DNA of 64,000 nt from an uncultured Prevotella sp. GTDB taxonomy: Bacteria > Bacteroidota > Bacteroidia > Bacteroidales > Bacteroidaceae. Under the pieces are notes generated by a model. It was not told where the DNA came from. It did no database searches and worked only from the letters and a program-made list of their open reading frames with translations. Where the stretch lies: assembly GCA_944319915.1 (NCBI GenBank), contig CALUEY010000035.1, positions 1,163 through 65,162 on the forward strand, written 5' to 3'. This document shows, piece by piece, positions 32,589-43,046 of this stretch (position 1 is the first letter of the stretch; every line of letters begins with the position of its first letter). The translations under genes were made by a program, and so were the position numbers.

Positions 32589-33989
32589 CTATTCATCCAT
32601 CAAGCTCCGAGGGTCAGTGATGCACCCTGTGACTGCCGCAGCGGCAGCCACAAGCGGCGAAGCAAGGATGGTGCGCGCCCCGGGGCCCTGCCTTCCCTCA
32701 AAGTTGCGGTTGCTTGTAGACACAGCATACTTGCCCGCCGGCACCTTGTCATCGTTCATGGCAAGGCATGCCGAGCAACCAGGCTGTCGAATCTCGAAAC
32801 CGGCCTCAGCCAAAACCCGGTCAAGCCCCTCCTCGCTTATCTGGCGGCTCACGGCCCATGAGCCAGGCACAAGCCATGCCACGATGCCTTCAGCCTTCTT
32901 CCTGCCGCGCACAATCGAGGCAAACGCCCTGAAATCCTCTATCCGCCCGTTGGTGCAGGCACCGAGGAACACATAGTCCACCTTGTGGCCAAGCAGCCGC
33001 TGACCTGGCTCGAAGCCCATGTATGCAAGCGATTTCAAGAACGAAGCCCTGCCGGCCTCGGCGATGTCATCAACGGAAGGAACGGCCTGAGTGATGCCCA
33101 TGCCCATGCCAGGATTAGTACCGTAAGTCACCATAGGCTCTATTTCGGCGGCGTCGAATGTGAGCTCCTTGTCGAACACTGCATCGTCACCACTCTTCAA
33201 TGTGCGCCAGTAGGCCACGGCCTTGTCCCAATCATCGCCTTTCGGTGCATACTCACGCCCCTTGATATAAGCGAACGTAGTTTCGTCGGGAGCCACGAAG
33301 CCCCCCCTGGCGCCCATCTCAATCGATAGGTTACAAAGCGTAAGCCTGCCCTCCATGCTCATGTCGCGCACCACGGAGCCTGCATACTCAACGAAATATC
33401 CAGTGGCACCCGATGTAGTGAGCCTCGACATGAGGAAGAGAGCCACGTCCTTGGTCGTGACGCCACGGCCAAGTTTGCCCTCAATGCTTATGCGCATCGA
33501 CTTTGGTTTCTGCTGCAGAATGCACTGAGAGGCCAAGACCATCTCCACCTCACTCGTTCCGATGCCGAAAGCAACAGCCCCTACAGCCCCATGAGTAGAT
33601 GTGTGGGAGTCGCCACAAACGATGGTCATGCCCGGCAACGACAGCCCTTTCTCCGGGCCTACCACATGGATTATGCCGTTGTCGGGCGACATCATGCCAT
33701 AATATGTAAGCCCGAACTCAGCAGCGTTGGCGGCAAGCGTGTCAACCTGCCTGCGCGAAACAGGGTCGGCTATAGGCTTATCCTGGTCGTGGGTGGGCGT
33801 ATTGTGGTCGGGCATACAGTATACCTGGCCCGGGCGGAAGCACTTCAGCCCACGGCTGCGCATGCCGTCGAATGCCTGCGGCGAGGTCACCTCGTGGCAA
33901 TAGAGGCGGTCGATGTAAAGCTGTGTTGGGCCGTCGTCAATCACCTGCACGACGTGTCTGTCCCATATTTTATCGAAAAGTGTGTTCAT
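32589..33989 (-). CDS. leuC: Isopropylmalate isomerase large subunit
   Basis: [44 protein letters not shown]. Confidence 0.97.
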   Translation of the reverse strand: MNTLFDKIWDRHVVQVIDDGPTQLYIDRLYCHEVTSPQAFDGMRSRGLKCFRPGQVYCMPDHNTPTHDQDKPIADPVSRRQVDTLAANAAEFGLTYYGMMSPDNGIIHVVGPEKGLSLPGMTIVCGDSHTSTHGAVGAVAFGIGTSEVEMVLASQCILQQKPKSMRISIEGKLGRGVTTKDVALFLMSRLTTSGATGYFVEYAGSVVRDMSMEGRLTLCNLSIEMGARGGFVAPDETTFAYIKGREYAPKGDDWDKAVAYWRTLKSGDDAVFDKELTFDAAEIEPMVTYGTNPGMGMGITQAVPSVDDIAEAGRASFLKSLAYMGFEPGQRLLGHKVDYVFLGACTNGRIEDFRAFASIVRGRKKAEGIVAWLVPGSWAVSRQISEEGLDRVLAEAGFEIRQPGCSACLAMNDDKVPAGKYAVSTSNRNFEGRQGPGARTILASPLVAAAAAVTGCITDPRSLMDE

Positions 33990-33995
33990 CTGTAC

Positions 33996-35495
33996 TTATT
34001 TTCTGAATTTGTTGATACAGTCAATGTAAGCCTCTACGGAAGCCGTCACTATGTCTGTGTTGGCCCCGAAACCATAATAAAGGTCGCCGTTGTATTCCAC
34101 CTGCATGTGAACCTTGCCCACGTCATCCGACCCCTTGCTTATGGCTTGGATGGTAAACTCCTTCAGCGTCATCTGTTTGCGGATGATTCTCTTCAGAGCC
34201 TTGATGGCAGCGTCAACCGGGCCATTGCCCGTAGACGACTCCTCAAACTTCTGGCCTGATATGTCGAGCCCTACGCTGGCCACGCTCCTAACGCCCATGC
34301 CGGTGGTTACCTGTAGGTAGTCGAGCTTCACCGTGTGGGCCTCGGCAGTGTCAGCCCCTGCGAGCATGAGTATGTCGTCGTCGTTCACCTCCTTTTTCTG
34401 GTCGGCCAGTTTAAGGAAGCTCTGGTATATCTTGTCCACTTTCTCTTCGCTGTCGATGCTCACGCCAAGCACGCCGAGCCTGTACTTCAAGGCAGCGCGG
34501 CCAGAGCGGGCCGTAAGCACTATGGAATTGTCGTCCAGCCCCACGTCCTTCGGGTTCATTATCTCGTAAGTCTGCGCGTTCTTCAGCACACCGTCTTGGT
34601 GGATTCCGCTCGAATGGGCGAAGGCGTTGCGCCCCACCACGGCCTTGTTTGGCTGCACCGGCATATTCATCAGGCTCGACACCATGCGGCTTGCGGGGTA
34701 AATCTTCTGCGTGTTGATGTTCGTGTCGATGTCGATGTCCTTGTGGCATTTAAGAATCATGGCAATTTCCTCGAGCGACGTGTTGCCAGCGCGCTCGCCA
34801 ATGCCGTTCACCGTCACCTCCACCTGGCGCGCACCGTTGAGCACGCCGCTGAGGGTGTTGGCCGTGGCCATGCCCAGGTCGTTGTGGCAGTGTGTGGAAA
34901 TCACGGCGCGGTCAATGCCGTCAACATGATCCACCAGATACTTTATCTTCTCACCGTACTCCGATGGCAGGCAGTAGCCCGTAGTGTCGGGAATGTTTAC
35001 CACCGTAGCACCTGCCTTGATCACGGCCTCTATGACGCGGGCAAGGTACTCATTGTCGGTGCGCCCGGCATCCTCGGCGTAGAACTCCACATCGTCAACG
35101 AACCTGCGGGCATACTTAACAGCGGCCACGGCACGCTCTATGATTTCCTCGCGGTTGCTGTTGAACTTGTATTTTATATGCTCATCGCTCGTGCCTATGC
35201 CTGTATGGATTCGCTTGTGCTTGGCATATTTCAGCGACTCGGCAGCCACGTCGATATCCTTTTCCACCGCCCTCGTCAGCGCGCAGATGGTAGGCCACGT
35301 CACGGCCTTGGATATCTCGATGACCGAGTTGAAGTCGCCAGGGCTCGAAATGGGGAATCCCGCCTCTATCACGTCTACCCCAAGTTGCTCCAGCATTTTG
35401 GCCACCTGTATTTTCTCTACAGTGTTAAGCTGGCAGCCAGGCACCTGCTCGCCGTCGCGCAGCGTAGTGTCAAAAATGAAAAGTCTGTCACTCAT
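33996..35495 (-). CDS. leuA: 2-isopropylmalate synthase
   Basis: [34 protein letters not shown]. Confidence 0.97.
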   Translation of the reverse strand: MSDRLFIFDTTLRDGEQVPGCQLNTVEKIQVAKMLEQLGVDVIEAGFPISSPGDFNSVIEISKAVTWPTICALTRAVEKDIDVAAESLKYAKHKRIHTGIGTSDEHIKYKFNSNREEIIERAVAAVKYARRFVDDVEFYAEDAGRTDNEYLARVIEAVIKAGATVVNIPDTTGYCLPSEYGEKIKYLVDHVDGIDRAVISTHCHNDLGMATANTLSGVLNGARQVEVTVNGIGERAGNTSLEEIAMILKCHKDIDIDTNINTQKIYPASRMVSSLMNMPVQPNKAVVGRNAFAHSSGIHQDGVLKNAQTYEIMNPKDVGLDDNSIVLTARSGRAALKYRLGVLGVSIDSEEKVDKIYQSFLKLADQKKEVNDDDILMLAGADTAEAHTVKLDYLQVTTGMGVRSVASVGLDISGQKFEESSTGNGPVDAAIKALKRIIRKQMTLKEFTIQAISKGSDDVGKVHMQVEYNGDLYYGFGANTDIVTASVEAYIDCINKFRK

Positions 35496-35524
35496 AGTCT
35501 TATCTCTGTATTTGTTATTCAACT

Positions 35525-35608
35525 AAAAGACCTTTCCCACAAGCGGAAGTGAGAAAGGTCTGACGCTATTTTGCTACATGCGGCTACACGACTGATTCTC
35601 CACTTCCC
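35525..35608 (-). promoter_or_regulatory. Attenuator (terminator/antiterminator) of leu operon
   Basis: Terminator stem 35561-35549 / 35540-35528 plus U run; GGAAGUGGAGAA (35607-35596) can pair with UUCUCACUUCC (35555-35545). Confidence 0.8.
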
Positions 35609-35664
35609 TTTAAATAAGGTAGTAGAATAATGTTTATCAGCTGTGCAAGACTTCTGTATTCCAT
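35584..35664 (-). CDS. Leader peptide, 26 aa MEYRSLAQLINIILLPYLKGSGESVV
   Basis: Codon run CTG ATA AAC ATT ATT CTA CTA CCT TAT TTA between promoter and attenuator; too short for the ORF track. Confidence 0.78.
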   Translation of the reverse strand: MEYRSLAQLINIILLPYLKGSGESVV

Positions 35665-35688
35665 GTTGCCATATTTTATTTCTGATTG

Positions 35689-35720
35689 CAAAGTTAAGCA
35701 AAATATAGCAAACAGACAAA
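35689..35720 (-). promoter_or_regulatory. Promoter of leu operon
   Basis: TTTG-N20-TAACTTTG. Confidence 0.8.
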
Positions 35721-35881
35721 TAATCCGTAACTTTTTTAGTTGGTTTTGTGACATTTTACCTTAACGGAGAGGCATCATATACATCGTATATACCCACTTT
35801 CCGTGATATTGCCACAAGCAATGAGGCATCAAGCTACGCAAGCACTCGTTGCAGAAATTCAGCAAAAACACAGCAATAGGC

Positions 35882-35912
35882 TTTGACAAACTGATTAAAA
35901 TGCCTATTTTTG
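35882..35912 (+). promoter_or_regulatory. Promoter facing element B and TlpA-like gene
   Basis: TTTG-N19-TATTTTTG. Confidence 0.6.
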
Positions 35913-36035
35913 CATGAAGCATGGCAGAGGTTCCCACTACACGCAAGGCATTCGCCGTCAGCCAAGGCTTATACATATTATTATGTAAAGCACAGTGTAG
36001 CACACCTACCCTCACCAGGACTGTTCGCGACCAAG

Positions 36036-36203
36036 GCGGTAACAAATGTTTACATAGAGGCCCCAATGATGCAATAAAGGCGATATGGCATTGCCAAACG
36101 TGCTGTTTCAGTCCTCAAAACAGCCCATATTGCAGGGCGAAACAGGCTGTTTGGCAACGCATTCTCGGCAGAATTGCAAAACTCCTGGCAATCAACAAGT
36201 TTG
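36036..36203 (-). repeat. Dispersed 22-bp-phased element, copy B
   Basis: GTTTACA 36048-36054; cores at 36074, 36096, 36118, 36140, (36162); 27-bp dyad 36177-36203. Confidence 0.85.
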
Positions 36204-36244
36204 CTAAATTTGATTTACGAGTAACGAATATTTACAGAACAGAC

Positions 36245-37789
36245 ATGAAAACCAAAATGAGACAAGCACTGCTTGCAGCGGCATTCTTTGCCTTAAGCGG
36301 TGCCCAAGATGCCATCAAGGCAACAAACAGTTGTGACGCAAACAACGTCGCAACAAACGCAACGGCTACTGATAGCGTGTTTTTCCGCAGCGGCACCGGA
36401 GTGCTGCAAGGGCGCGTGGAAGGCGAGCAGCCCGATGGCATCATCTATTATGGATATAATGGCGTGACCCACGAAAGCAGGCCGAAAGCCTACAGCGTGA
36501 ATGCAGACGGCACGTTTACCATAACTTTCAACCTCGACTACCCCATCCTGGACTACATCATGGTGGGCGACAACGCCATTTACTTCTATGCCAGCCCGGG
36601 CGACACTACCCATGTGGCCATCGACAGCACCGGCCACGCGCGATATTCCGACAGCTCGCGTCACCGCCGCCTGCTCGAACTGCTCACGAACAACGCCCCT
36701 AAACTGCGCATAAACAAGAAACAGCTGATAGCAAAGGCGCAGAAGTCGGACTTTGGGGAGTTCGCCGCGTGGGCTGCAACGCAGGTGGACAGCCTTGCAG
36801 AAGCCGCCGACAGCATTGCGGCAAGCCAAAGGCTATCAACGGAAGAAGCAAAACTGCTGCGCACACTCACGCTCGCGGACAACTGCACAGACTGCTACGA
36901 CTACAAGTACATAAGGAAGTCCAACTTTAACATGGCAACTGCCGACTATGCATTCATGCGCCGCCTGCAACCATACGACCTCAGCTGCCTCATGGTTCCA
37001 TCGCGACTTTACTTCCTCGTAAACCGATACAAATACTGCGGTCCTATATTCTGGATGGCTACGCCTGGCAAAAAGGATAGCTACAAAAACGCCACCGACA
37101 GCGCGGCCATGGCTGCCGACAGGGCCATCTTCGGCATAGACAAGCCTTCGCTCTTCCTCCAATTGGCATGGACAGACATTCATTCTTACATGGAAGACTA
37201 CGAGGAAGAGCCGCAAAAGACATTGGAAAAGATGGCACGACGGGCTAAGCTGATTACCGTGCCTTACCTGAGGCAGCTCTTGGAAGAGCAAGCCGCCCTG
37301 CTGCAAAAGCCAAAGGCAGCCACTTACGAGCTGCCGGCAGGAAGCGCAACCGACATATTCAATGCTCTTATTGCCAAACACCGTGGCAAATTCGTGCTCG
37401 TTGACTTCTGGAGCACGGGCTGCGGCCCATGCCGACAATCCATTGAGCGAAGCCACGCCCTGCGCGACTCGCTGGCCAAGGCTGAAGGCTTTGAATTGGT
37501 GTTCATTACCAATGAGCGTGAGTCGCCGCTGAAAGCATACAACGATTACACAACCAAGCACCTTCAAGGCGAAGAGTGCCTACGCATAACCAACGCCGAC
37601 TACGGGCAGCTGATGGCCTTGTTCGGCTTCACCGGCATACCGCACAACGAGCTTGTGACGCCCGACGGCCGCATAGCAACAACCGACATTGACCTGCGGC
37701 AGTTCAAGGACATAAAAGCATTCAGGAAATGGCTTGACAAGATAAAAAACGCTATCGGCACCGAAAAAGCCCAAGGCAAGCAAGACTAA
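36245..37789 (+). CDS. Exported TlpA/thioredoxin-like protein
   Basis: Signal peptide after MKTKMRQ; C-terminal LVDFWSTGCGPC and cis-Pro GIP; ORF-track start 35921 probably too far upstream. Confidence 0.82.
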   Translation: MKTKMRQALLAAAFFALSGAQDAIKATNSCDANNVATNATATDSVFFRSGTGVLQGRVEGEQPDGIIYYGYNGVTHESRPKAYSVNADGTFTITFNLDYPILDYIMVGDNAIYFYASPGDTTHVAIDSTGHARYSDSSRHRRLLELLTNNAPKLRINKKQLIAKAQKSDFGEFAAWAATQVDSLAEAADSIAASQRLSTEEAKLLRTLTLADNCTDCYDYKYIRKSNFNMATADYAFMRRLQPYDLSCLMVPSRLYFLVNRYKYCGPIFWMATPGKKDSYKNATDSAAMAADRAIFGIDKPSLFLQLAWTDIHSYMEDYEEEPQKTLEKMARRAKLITVPYLRQLLEEQAALLQKPKAATYELPAGSATDIFNALIAKHRGKFVLVDFWSTGCGPCRQSIERSHALRDSLAKAEGFELVFITNERESPLKAYNDYTTKHLQGEECLRITNADYGQLMALFGFTGIPHNELVTPDGRIATTDIDLRQFKDIKAFRKWLDKIKNAIGTEKAQGKQD

Positions 37790-37847
37790 CCAAAAAATAA
37801 ACAAGTTTGAACGGCACATCAAGCACAGCAGAAAGCACACAGCAAAC

Positions 37848-37885
37848 ACAAAGCGGGGCGGCACCAAGATGCCGCCCCGCTTTGT
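37848..37885. terminator. Bidirectional terminator
   Basis: ACAAAGCGGGGCGGCA / TGCCGCCCCGCTTTGT perfect 16-bp stem between convergent genes. Confidence 0.85.
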
Positions 37886-37903
37886 CATATCAGCAAACTG
37901 CCA

Positions 37904-40045
37904 TCAGAAGAACATATAGCGGTTGTCTACCACGTCAGACTTAAGGTAAAGCTCGTTCAGGAAGCGGCTAGCTGCCTGCATGGCCTGCTGCCTGAGCTGC
38001 TGCTCCATGACCTTCTCGTCGAATTTAGCTCCCTGGCGCTGCTTCTTATCGATTACCTGGAACATATATGCGCCACCGTTGCCCTTGATGACCCGGGGGC
38101 AGAATGTGCCTTTCTTGGTTGCAGCCACAGCACCGCTAAGGGCAGGTTCGCTTGCACCCGTTGCCTGCACGAATACAGGTGCGCCGAAAGTAATCTGCCT
38201 TACGGTGTCAACGCGCGCACCTTTCGTCTTGGCCGAAGCAATGTTATTTGCACCGGCAAGCTTGCCTTTGAGCATATCAAACTTCTTGTCGCGCATCACC
38301 TCCTGCTTAAGCACATCCTTTACGTCCTCCATGTCGCGATAGCCCACGGGGTGAACCTTTGTCATGGCAACAACGAGCAGGTGGTCATTGTTTCCGCACT
38401 CATAAAGCGGCGAGACATCGCCTGCCTTTGCGTCGAAAATCCACTTCATGGCCTCACCCGTAGCGCGGATTCCGGCCACATTGTGCTCTGAATTGAACAA
38501 GTCGTTGCGCTCACTTACCTTGTAACCAAATTTGGCGGCATTCTTCTCCATTGCCTCAACAGTCTGGTTTGCGCTGACAAACTGGCTGAACTTATTGTAA
38601 GCGGCAGAGTAAGTGGCCTTTGAGAAATCGATGGTGTGCTTCACTACGGCAGCCACATATTTGTCTACCATGGCGTTGCGGGCGGTCACCTGCACGATAA
38701 CATTGCCTTGAGTGAACGCAATGTTCTTCATCTCGTTGACACCGAGCGTATTGAGGGCTTCAAGGTAAAGCTTCGAATCAGCATCGATGGTCTGTGAATT
38801 TTCATACATTGCCGATGTAAGCCACTGCTTCTGCCCTGTTTGGCCGTACTTCTTGGCTATCGAATCGAAAGGTGCTCCGGCCTGAAGGGCAGCATACACG
38901 CTGTCGGCCGTCTTGCGGGCAGCCTCCACTGTGGCGCCAACTATCTGAATCTGCCTGTACTCCACCGAATCAGGCATTTGGGTCTTTGAAATCAACTTGA
39001 CCACATTGAGCGTGTTGTCTGCGGTCGTTTCAAACGGTGAAGAAGTCTGGCCAACAGCCAAGGAGTCTATCTTGGCCGCTATGTCGCGTGGGAATGCATT
39101 GCGTGTAACGGGAATCCCGAGGTAAGCCTCTTGCGACTGGGCCTTGCGAACAACCACAGCCGGGTCGCCCCCCTCCTGCAACTGCTTCTGGGCATCGGCC
39201 ATGGTGGCCTGTATGGCCTTGCGGTCGGCGGCGGAGGGAAGCACCTGGAATTCCACATACTTTATGTCGCGGCTCTCCACATACTGCTTGTACATTTCCT
39301 TCTGCTCGTCGTACTTGGCCTTGAGTTCTGCGTCGCTCACTTTCACGTCGTTGTCATTGACCGTGGAATAGGCGATGGAAGCCAACTGGATGTCGCTTTC
39401 CTCAGCCTGCGCGTCGAAAGCCATCTTGGCTGAAACAGGGTTTGACAAAAGGCAACCGGCCAGCAAGTTCTGGTACTTCATGGCGAGTATCTGCTGGCGG
39501 AGCGATTTCTCTATGAACTGCCAATACTTGTAGATGGTGCGGTACTGCTCTGCCATCTGGGCATCCTGCCCGTTCTCCACCTTCTTATAATCATCGAGGA
39601 ACTTGGTCAGCATCGAAGCATCAAAGCGCCTTGTTTGCTGGTTTACAAACGGGGTCTGCAAGAGAATGGGGTTTGTTCCGTCGCGAAGCACGTTCTGAAG
39701 CTCATCCTTCGTGACCGTGAGGCCAAGCTTGCCAGCTTCAGCCTCAACGATGGTGTTGTTGACGTAAGTGTTCCACACCTGATCTTTAACCTGGTTCAGC
39801 TCGTCTTCGCTGAGATTGTCGCGACCTTGGGTCATCTTGATTACCTCCTGGTACTCATCAATCAGGTTCTGGAAGTCCTGCACAGAGAGTTTCTTGCCTA
39901 ACACCTCGCCTACCTGAAGACGCCGCTCATTGCTCGTTGCCTCGCACGAGCGGAACATCTCTTCGGCGATAAACGCAAAGAGGCCTAGACCGATGATCAC
40001 GATCAAGATTACGCCTCTTTTTCTGATTGTTCCTAATGCTGCCAT
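37904..40045 (-). CDS. PpiD/SurA-N-domain periplasmic chaperone
   Basis: MAALGTIRKRG plus TM anchor, SurA-N helices, parvulin-like region, VVDNR end; TAATTTTG at 40137-40144. Confidence 0.88.
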   Translation of the reverse strand: MAALGTIRKRGVILIVIIGLGLFAFIAEEMFRSCEATSNERRLQVGEVLGKKLSVQDFQNLIDEYQEVIKMTQGRDNLSEDELNQVKDQVWNTYVNNTIVEAEAGKLGLTVTKDELQNVLRDGTNPILLQTPFVNQQTRRFDASMLTKFLDDYKKVENGQDAQMAEQYRTIYKYWQFIEKSLRQQILAMKYQNLLAGCLLSNPVSAKMAFDAQAEESDIQLASIAYSTVNDNDVKVSDAELKAKYDEQKEMYKQYVESRDIKYVEFQVLPSAADRKAIQATMADAQKQLQEGGDPAVVVRKAQSQEAYLGIPVTRNAFPRDIAAKIDSLAVGQTSSPFETTADNTLNVVKLISKTQMPDSVEYRQIQIVGATVEAARKTADSVYAALQAGAPFDSIAKKYGQTGQKQWLTSAMYENSQTIDADSKLYLEALNTLGVNEMKNIAFTQGNVIVQVTARNAMVDKYVAAVVKHTIDFSKATYSAAYNKFSQFVSANQTVEAMEKNAAKFGYKVSERNDLFNSEHNVAGIRATGEAMKWIFDAKAGDVSPLYECGNNDHLLVVAMTKVHPVGYRDMEDVKDVLKQEVMRDKKFDMLKGKLAGANNIASAKTKGARVDTVRQITFGAPVFVQATGASEPALSGAVAATKKGTFCPRVIKGNGGAYMFQVIDKKQRQGAKFDEKVMEQQLRQQAMQAASRFLNELYLKSDVVDNRYMFF

Positions 40046-40439
40046 TACTTTTTTACTATTGTTTTTTTGTTTTATGTTTCTTCCTTCACTTCAATCAGCA
40101 ACAGGCCGACAAACAGCCCGCCGCCGCTTTAGTGGGCAAAATTACTAAATTTATGCCAATTGGCAACACATTTTGCGGAAAAAATACTCACAACCGCCTT
40201 TTATTGACCACTTTGAGAGCTGTCGGCCAAGATGCCTTTGATGCCGATAATGCCCGTTGGGCGATGCTTGCAAGGATTGGGAGCTTCTTGCAATGCACTC
40301 ACTTTGACAAAAGGAACGGAAAGCTTGGCGAGAACACTGCAAATGGGAGAAACAGCGGTATGAGGAAAGATAGAACCCCATCGGGAGCTTATCGTTTGTA
40401 AGAAATATTCAAATTCCATGATGGCTTTGACGTCAATGC

Positions 40440-40607
40440 ATAACACGCTGTGACACAATGAAATACAAAAGCGGCCGAACGATGTTGCAAAACGAGCCAA
40501 ACTGCAACTTGAAACAGGCCGTTTGATGCTGCAAAACGTGCCATCTTGCAACGCAAAATGGCAGGCATGGCAATTCCATACGCACTATTGTAAACAAAAG
40601 TTACCAC
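40440..40607 (+). repeat. Dispersed 22-bp-phased element, copy C
   Basis: 27-bp dyad 40440-40466; cores at 40468, 40490, 40512, 40534, 40556; TGTAAAC at 40589. Confidence 0.85.
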
Positions 40608-40715
40608 TGATGGCATCGTCATTTCCGGCCAACAAGGCTTGTCAAAGCACCATGCGCTTTATTCGCAGCCCCTTGCCCAAACTTGCCGGAAGAGGTTTAC
40701 GCAAAGCCACAATAA

Positions 40716-41378
40716 TCATCTCGCGCGCAAAGTAGCGGCACGAGGCGTGGCAGCAGGGCGTAACGGCGGTAGCGCAACTGCACTGTCGGCAGCGGCAGAC
40801 GAATCGGCCGGTGTGGCCTGCCCACCCTCCATGTCGGACTTGACGAACGAGCCTTGCGAGTTGGAAACGGTATAGTGGGTCATGTGTTCGTCGCTTCGGA
40901 AGTACGTTCCCTCCAATGTGCGCTCGGGAGTAATCAGAGTTGAGAACTTGTTAGAATACATCTCGTGGGTAATTCCGTCCCAGAACAACTCCTCGCTGCG
41001 GAATATCAAGCCCTTGACATTGCGCACACGGACACGCCCGCGCAGTTCCCAAAGTTTCAACTTGTCGTAATACCACGCCGTGTCGGCCTGTATGTAAGCC
41101 TCGACATGGAACTTCTCGTCAAACTGTTCGAGGAATATGCCTTTGATAAACGTCCAACGCGAGGGTTGCCTTACTTGGTTTACATCCCAGCGTTCGGTGA
41201 CTATCCGATACTTGATGACACCAGAATCTGACACCAAAGTGTTGACCCCATAGCTCACCATGACCGAAACAGAATCGCGGTCATGGATGGCCGGAGCCAG
41301 GTGCTCCTTTTCCTCGGAACACGAAACCACGGCCAACGAGGCCAGCACAAGCGGCAGCCCCGCAGCAAAAAGCCTCAT
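40716..41378 (-). CDS. lptC: LPS export protein LptC (start may be 41414)
   Basis: Lipobox VVSC; LVSDSG, ADTAWY, SEELFWD beta-jellyroll pattern. Confidence 0.8.
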   Translation of the reverse strand: MRLFAAGLPLVLASLAVVSCSEEKEHLAPAIHDRDSVSVMVSYGVNTLVSDSGVIKYRIVTERWDVNQVRQPSRWTFIKGIFLEQFDEKFHVEAYIQADTAWYYDKLKLWELRGRVRVRNVKGLIFRSEELFWDGITHEMYSNKFSTLITPERTLEGTYFRSDEHMTHYTVSNSQGSFVKSDMEGGQATPADSSAAADSAVALPPLRPAATPRAATLRAR

Positions 41379-41419
41379 GGCAACACTCTTACCTGACGAA
41401 AACACTCTCACCAAAATGT

Positions 41420-42706
41420 TTACTCAACCTTCCACTTCATGAACCAACGCTCATTGAAAGTGATGCCTATGTTGATGCGGAACGTATTCTCGGTGATAAA
41501 AGCCTTCGATTCGGAGCGCACCCACTGTCCGCTTATGTTAAGGAAAGAACGGTTGTTGTAGCCATTGACGATGGGAATGCCGAATCCAGCACTCACGCTA
41601 TATTCCTTGGGGCCGTCCAAACCTTGTATCTTAACGTAAGGTGTGGCATACGAAGCACCAACTCGATAGCGTATGCGACGGAAGAAATCCTGGCTCATTT
41701 CATCGGAGACCCACTCGCCGCCCACAGTCACCTTGTGGCGGTCGGAGAGCAAACCGCTTTTCAGTACATAGTCGCCTGTGGAGGCATCAGTCTCAGGGAT
41801 GTCTACACCACCCCACTGCTGGAGTGTGTAGTCAAGGCCAACGGTAAGCTGGTTGGCGTGCCGCCAAGCAAGGCCAAAGCCGTATGACATGGGTATGGCA
41901 AGCCCGTCGGCGACAACAAGTGTGCTTGACGATGACACGCCAGTCTGGCTGTTAGACGATGTTGTAGTCACTTCCGGGTCGGCACCGAGCTTGTGGCCGA
42001 TGCCCACAGTAGCACCAAGAGTAAGCCTGTCTTGCTTGGTAAGCGGCTGGTCCAACTGCAGGCCAAGGTCAACCTTGTAGCTGTTAACAGTTGCGCTGTA
42101 CGTTCTCTGCATCGTGTTGACGTAACTGTCGCTGCTGGAAATTGATATCTGGCGGTCGTATGACCCCCATAGGTAAGAGATGTTGGCACCTACCGACAAG
42201 CCAGCAAACACGTTCCAACCCACGCCAACGAATGCCTGATGGATGCCGCCAGACCCGGAATGAGCCTCTGCGGTAGTTGTCTCTGATGTTCCGACACGCG
42301 AAGTAGACGAATAACTGTAACCAATATTAGTGAAAGGAATAAGCCCGACGCTTAGTCCAACCTTTGGGAACACACGGAAAGCGGCCACGGCATACTCAAA
42401 GTCGGCGTTCTTGGCGTTGCGGCTTACGCCGTCCTCCTTAAAGTTGGTGAACTGCCCCGACAGACCAGCATCAAAGATCATGGTCAGCGAGTCGATGGCC
42501 GAATAAGAGGCTGGGTTAAGTACATTGACCTGGTTGCCATACCGAAGTCCGAGTGCCAAGCCGTTCATTCCCCTGTTGAAGCCCTGGGCCTGTTCCGAAA
42601 GGATGCCCAAGCCGTACTGGCTGTATGGGGAGTTTGTTCCACTCTGCGCCACTGCCGACACGGCTGCCAGGCCCAACGCAAGACTACATACTATTGCTCT
42701 TTTCAT
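41420..42706 (-). CDS. FadL-like outer-membrane barrel
   Basis: Signal peptide AVA-Q; NSPYSQYGLG, NPASYS; terminal ITFNERWFMKWK. Confidence 0.8.
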   Translation of the reverse strand: MKRAIVCSLALGLAAVSAVAQSGTNSPYSQYGLGILSEQAQGFNRGMNGLALGLRYGNQVNVLNPASYSAIDSLTMIFDAGLSGQFTNFKEDGVSRNAKNADFEYAVAAFRVFPKVGLSVGLIPFTNIGYSYSSTSRVGTSETTTAEAHSGSGGIHQAFVGVGWNVFAGLSVGANISYLWGSYDRQISISSSDSYVNTMQRTYSATVNSYKVDLGLQLDQPLTKQDRLTLGATVGIGHKLGADPEVTTTSSNSQTGVSSSSTLVVADGLAIPMSYGFGLAWRHANQLTVGLDYTLQQWGGVDIPETDASTGDYVLKSGLLSDRHKVTVGGEWVSDEMSQDFFRRIRYRVGASYATPYVKIQGLDGPKEYSVSAGFGIPIVNGYNNRSFLNISGQWVRSESKAFITENTFRINIGITFNERWFMKWKVE

Positions 42707-43046
42707 CGAAAGTTATATCTTCATTATGGAGATAGAAGCGGGTCACGCCTGTAGGCATGAGCATATCGCCTGCAAAGTTGCACTTTTTTTCCGGGATATG
42801 CAAATAGTAACGCTCCCTTCCAGTTAAATAAACAAAAAGCCTTGGGTATTTTAAGATATCATCACGAAAGCCACAAACAGATGCGTCAACGCCGCCAGCA
42901 CTACAGTACTGAGACTCCGCGGCAGCACCAAAAAGAGCCGACACACCCGCGCAACGTCCACTTGCTTCAGCCGGCATGGCTGCTACCGCGCTGCCGTGAA
43001 GCACGAGATTTGTGCAGGTGCTGCCTCTATTGATAAATTGGTACAT
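42684..43046 (-). pseudogene. coaX: Internally deleted type III pantothenate kinase (CoaX) vestige, frame still open
   Basis: N-term FINRGST vs CoaX IIDIGNT; C-term KYPRLFVYLTG...FA..ML..G..R matches the CoaX tail; 120 aa vs about 245 aa; own TAATTTTG at 43073-43080. Confidence 0.62.

Noticed and set aside
40201-40551. Short ORFs overlapping the elements (also 24873-25100, 55813-56157)
   Set aside because: Recurring peptides such as KRPV and QAVW arise from the DNA repeat; frame and strand are inconsistent between copies.
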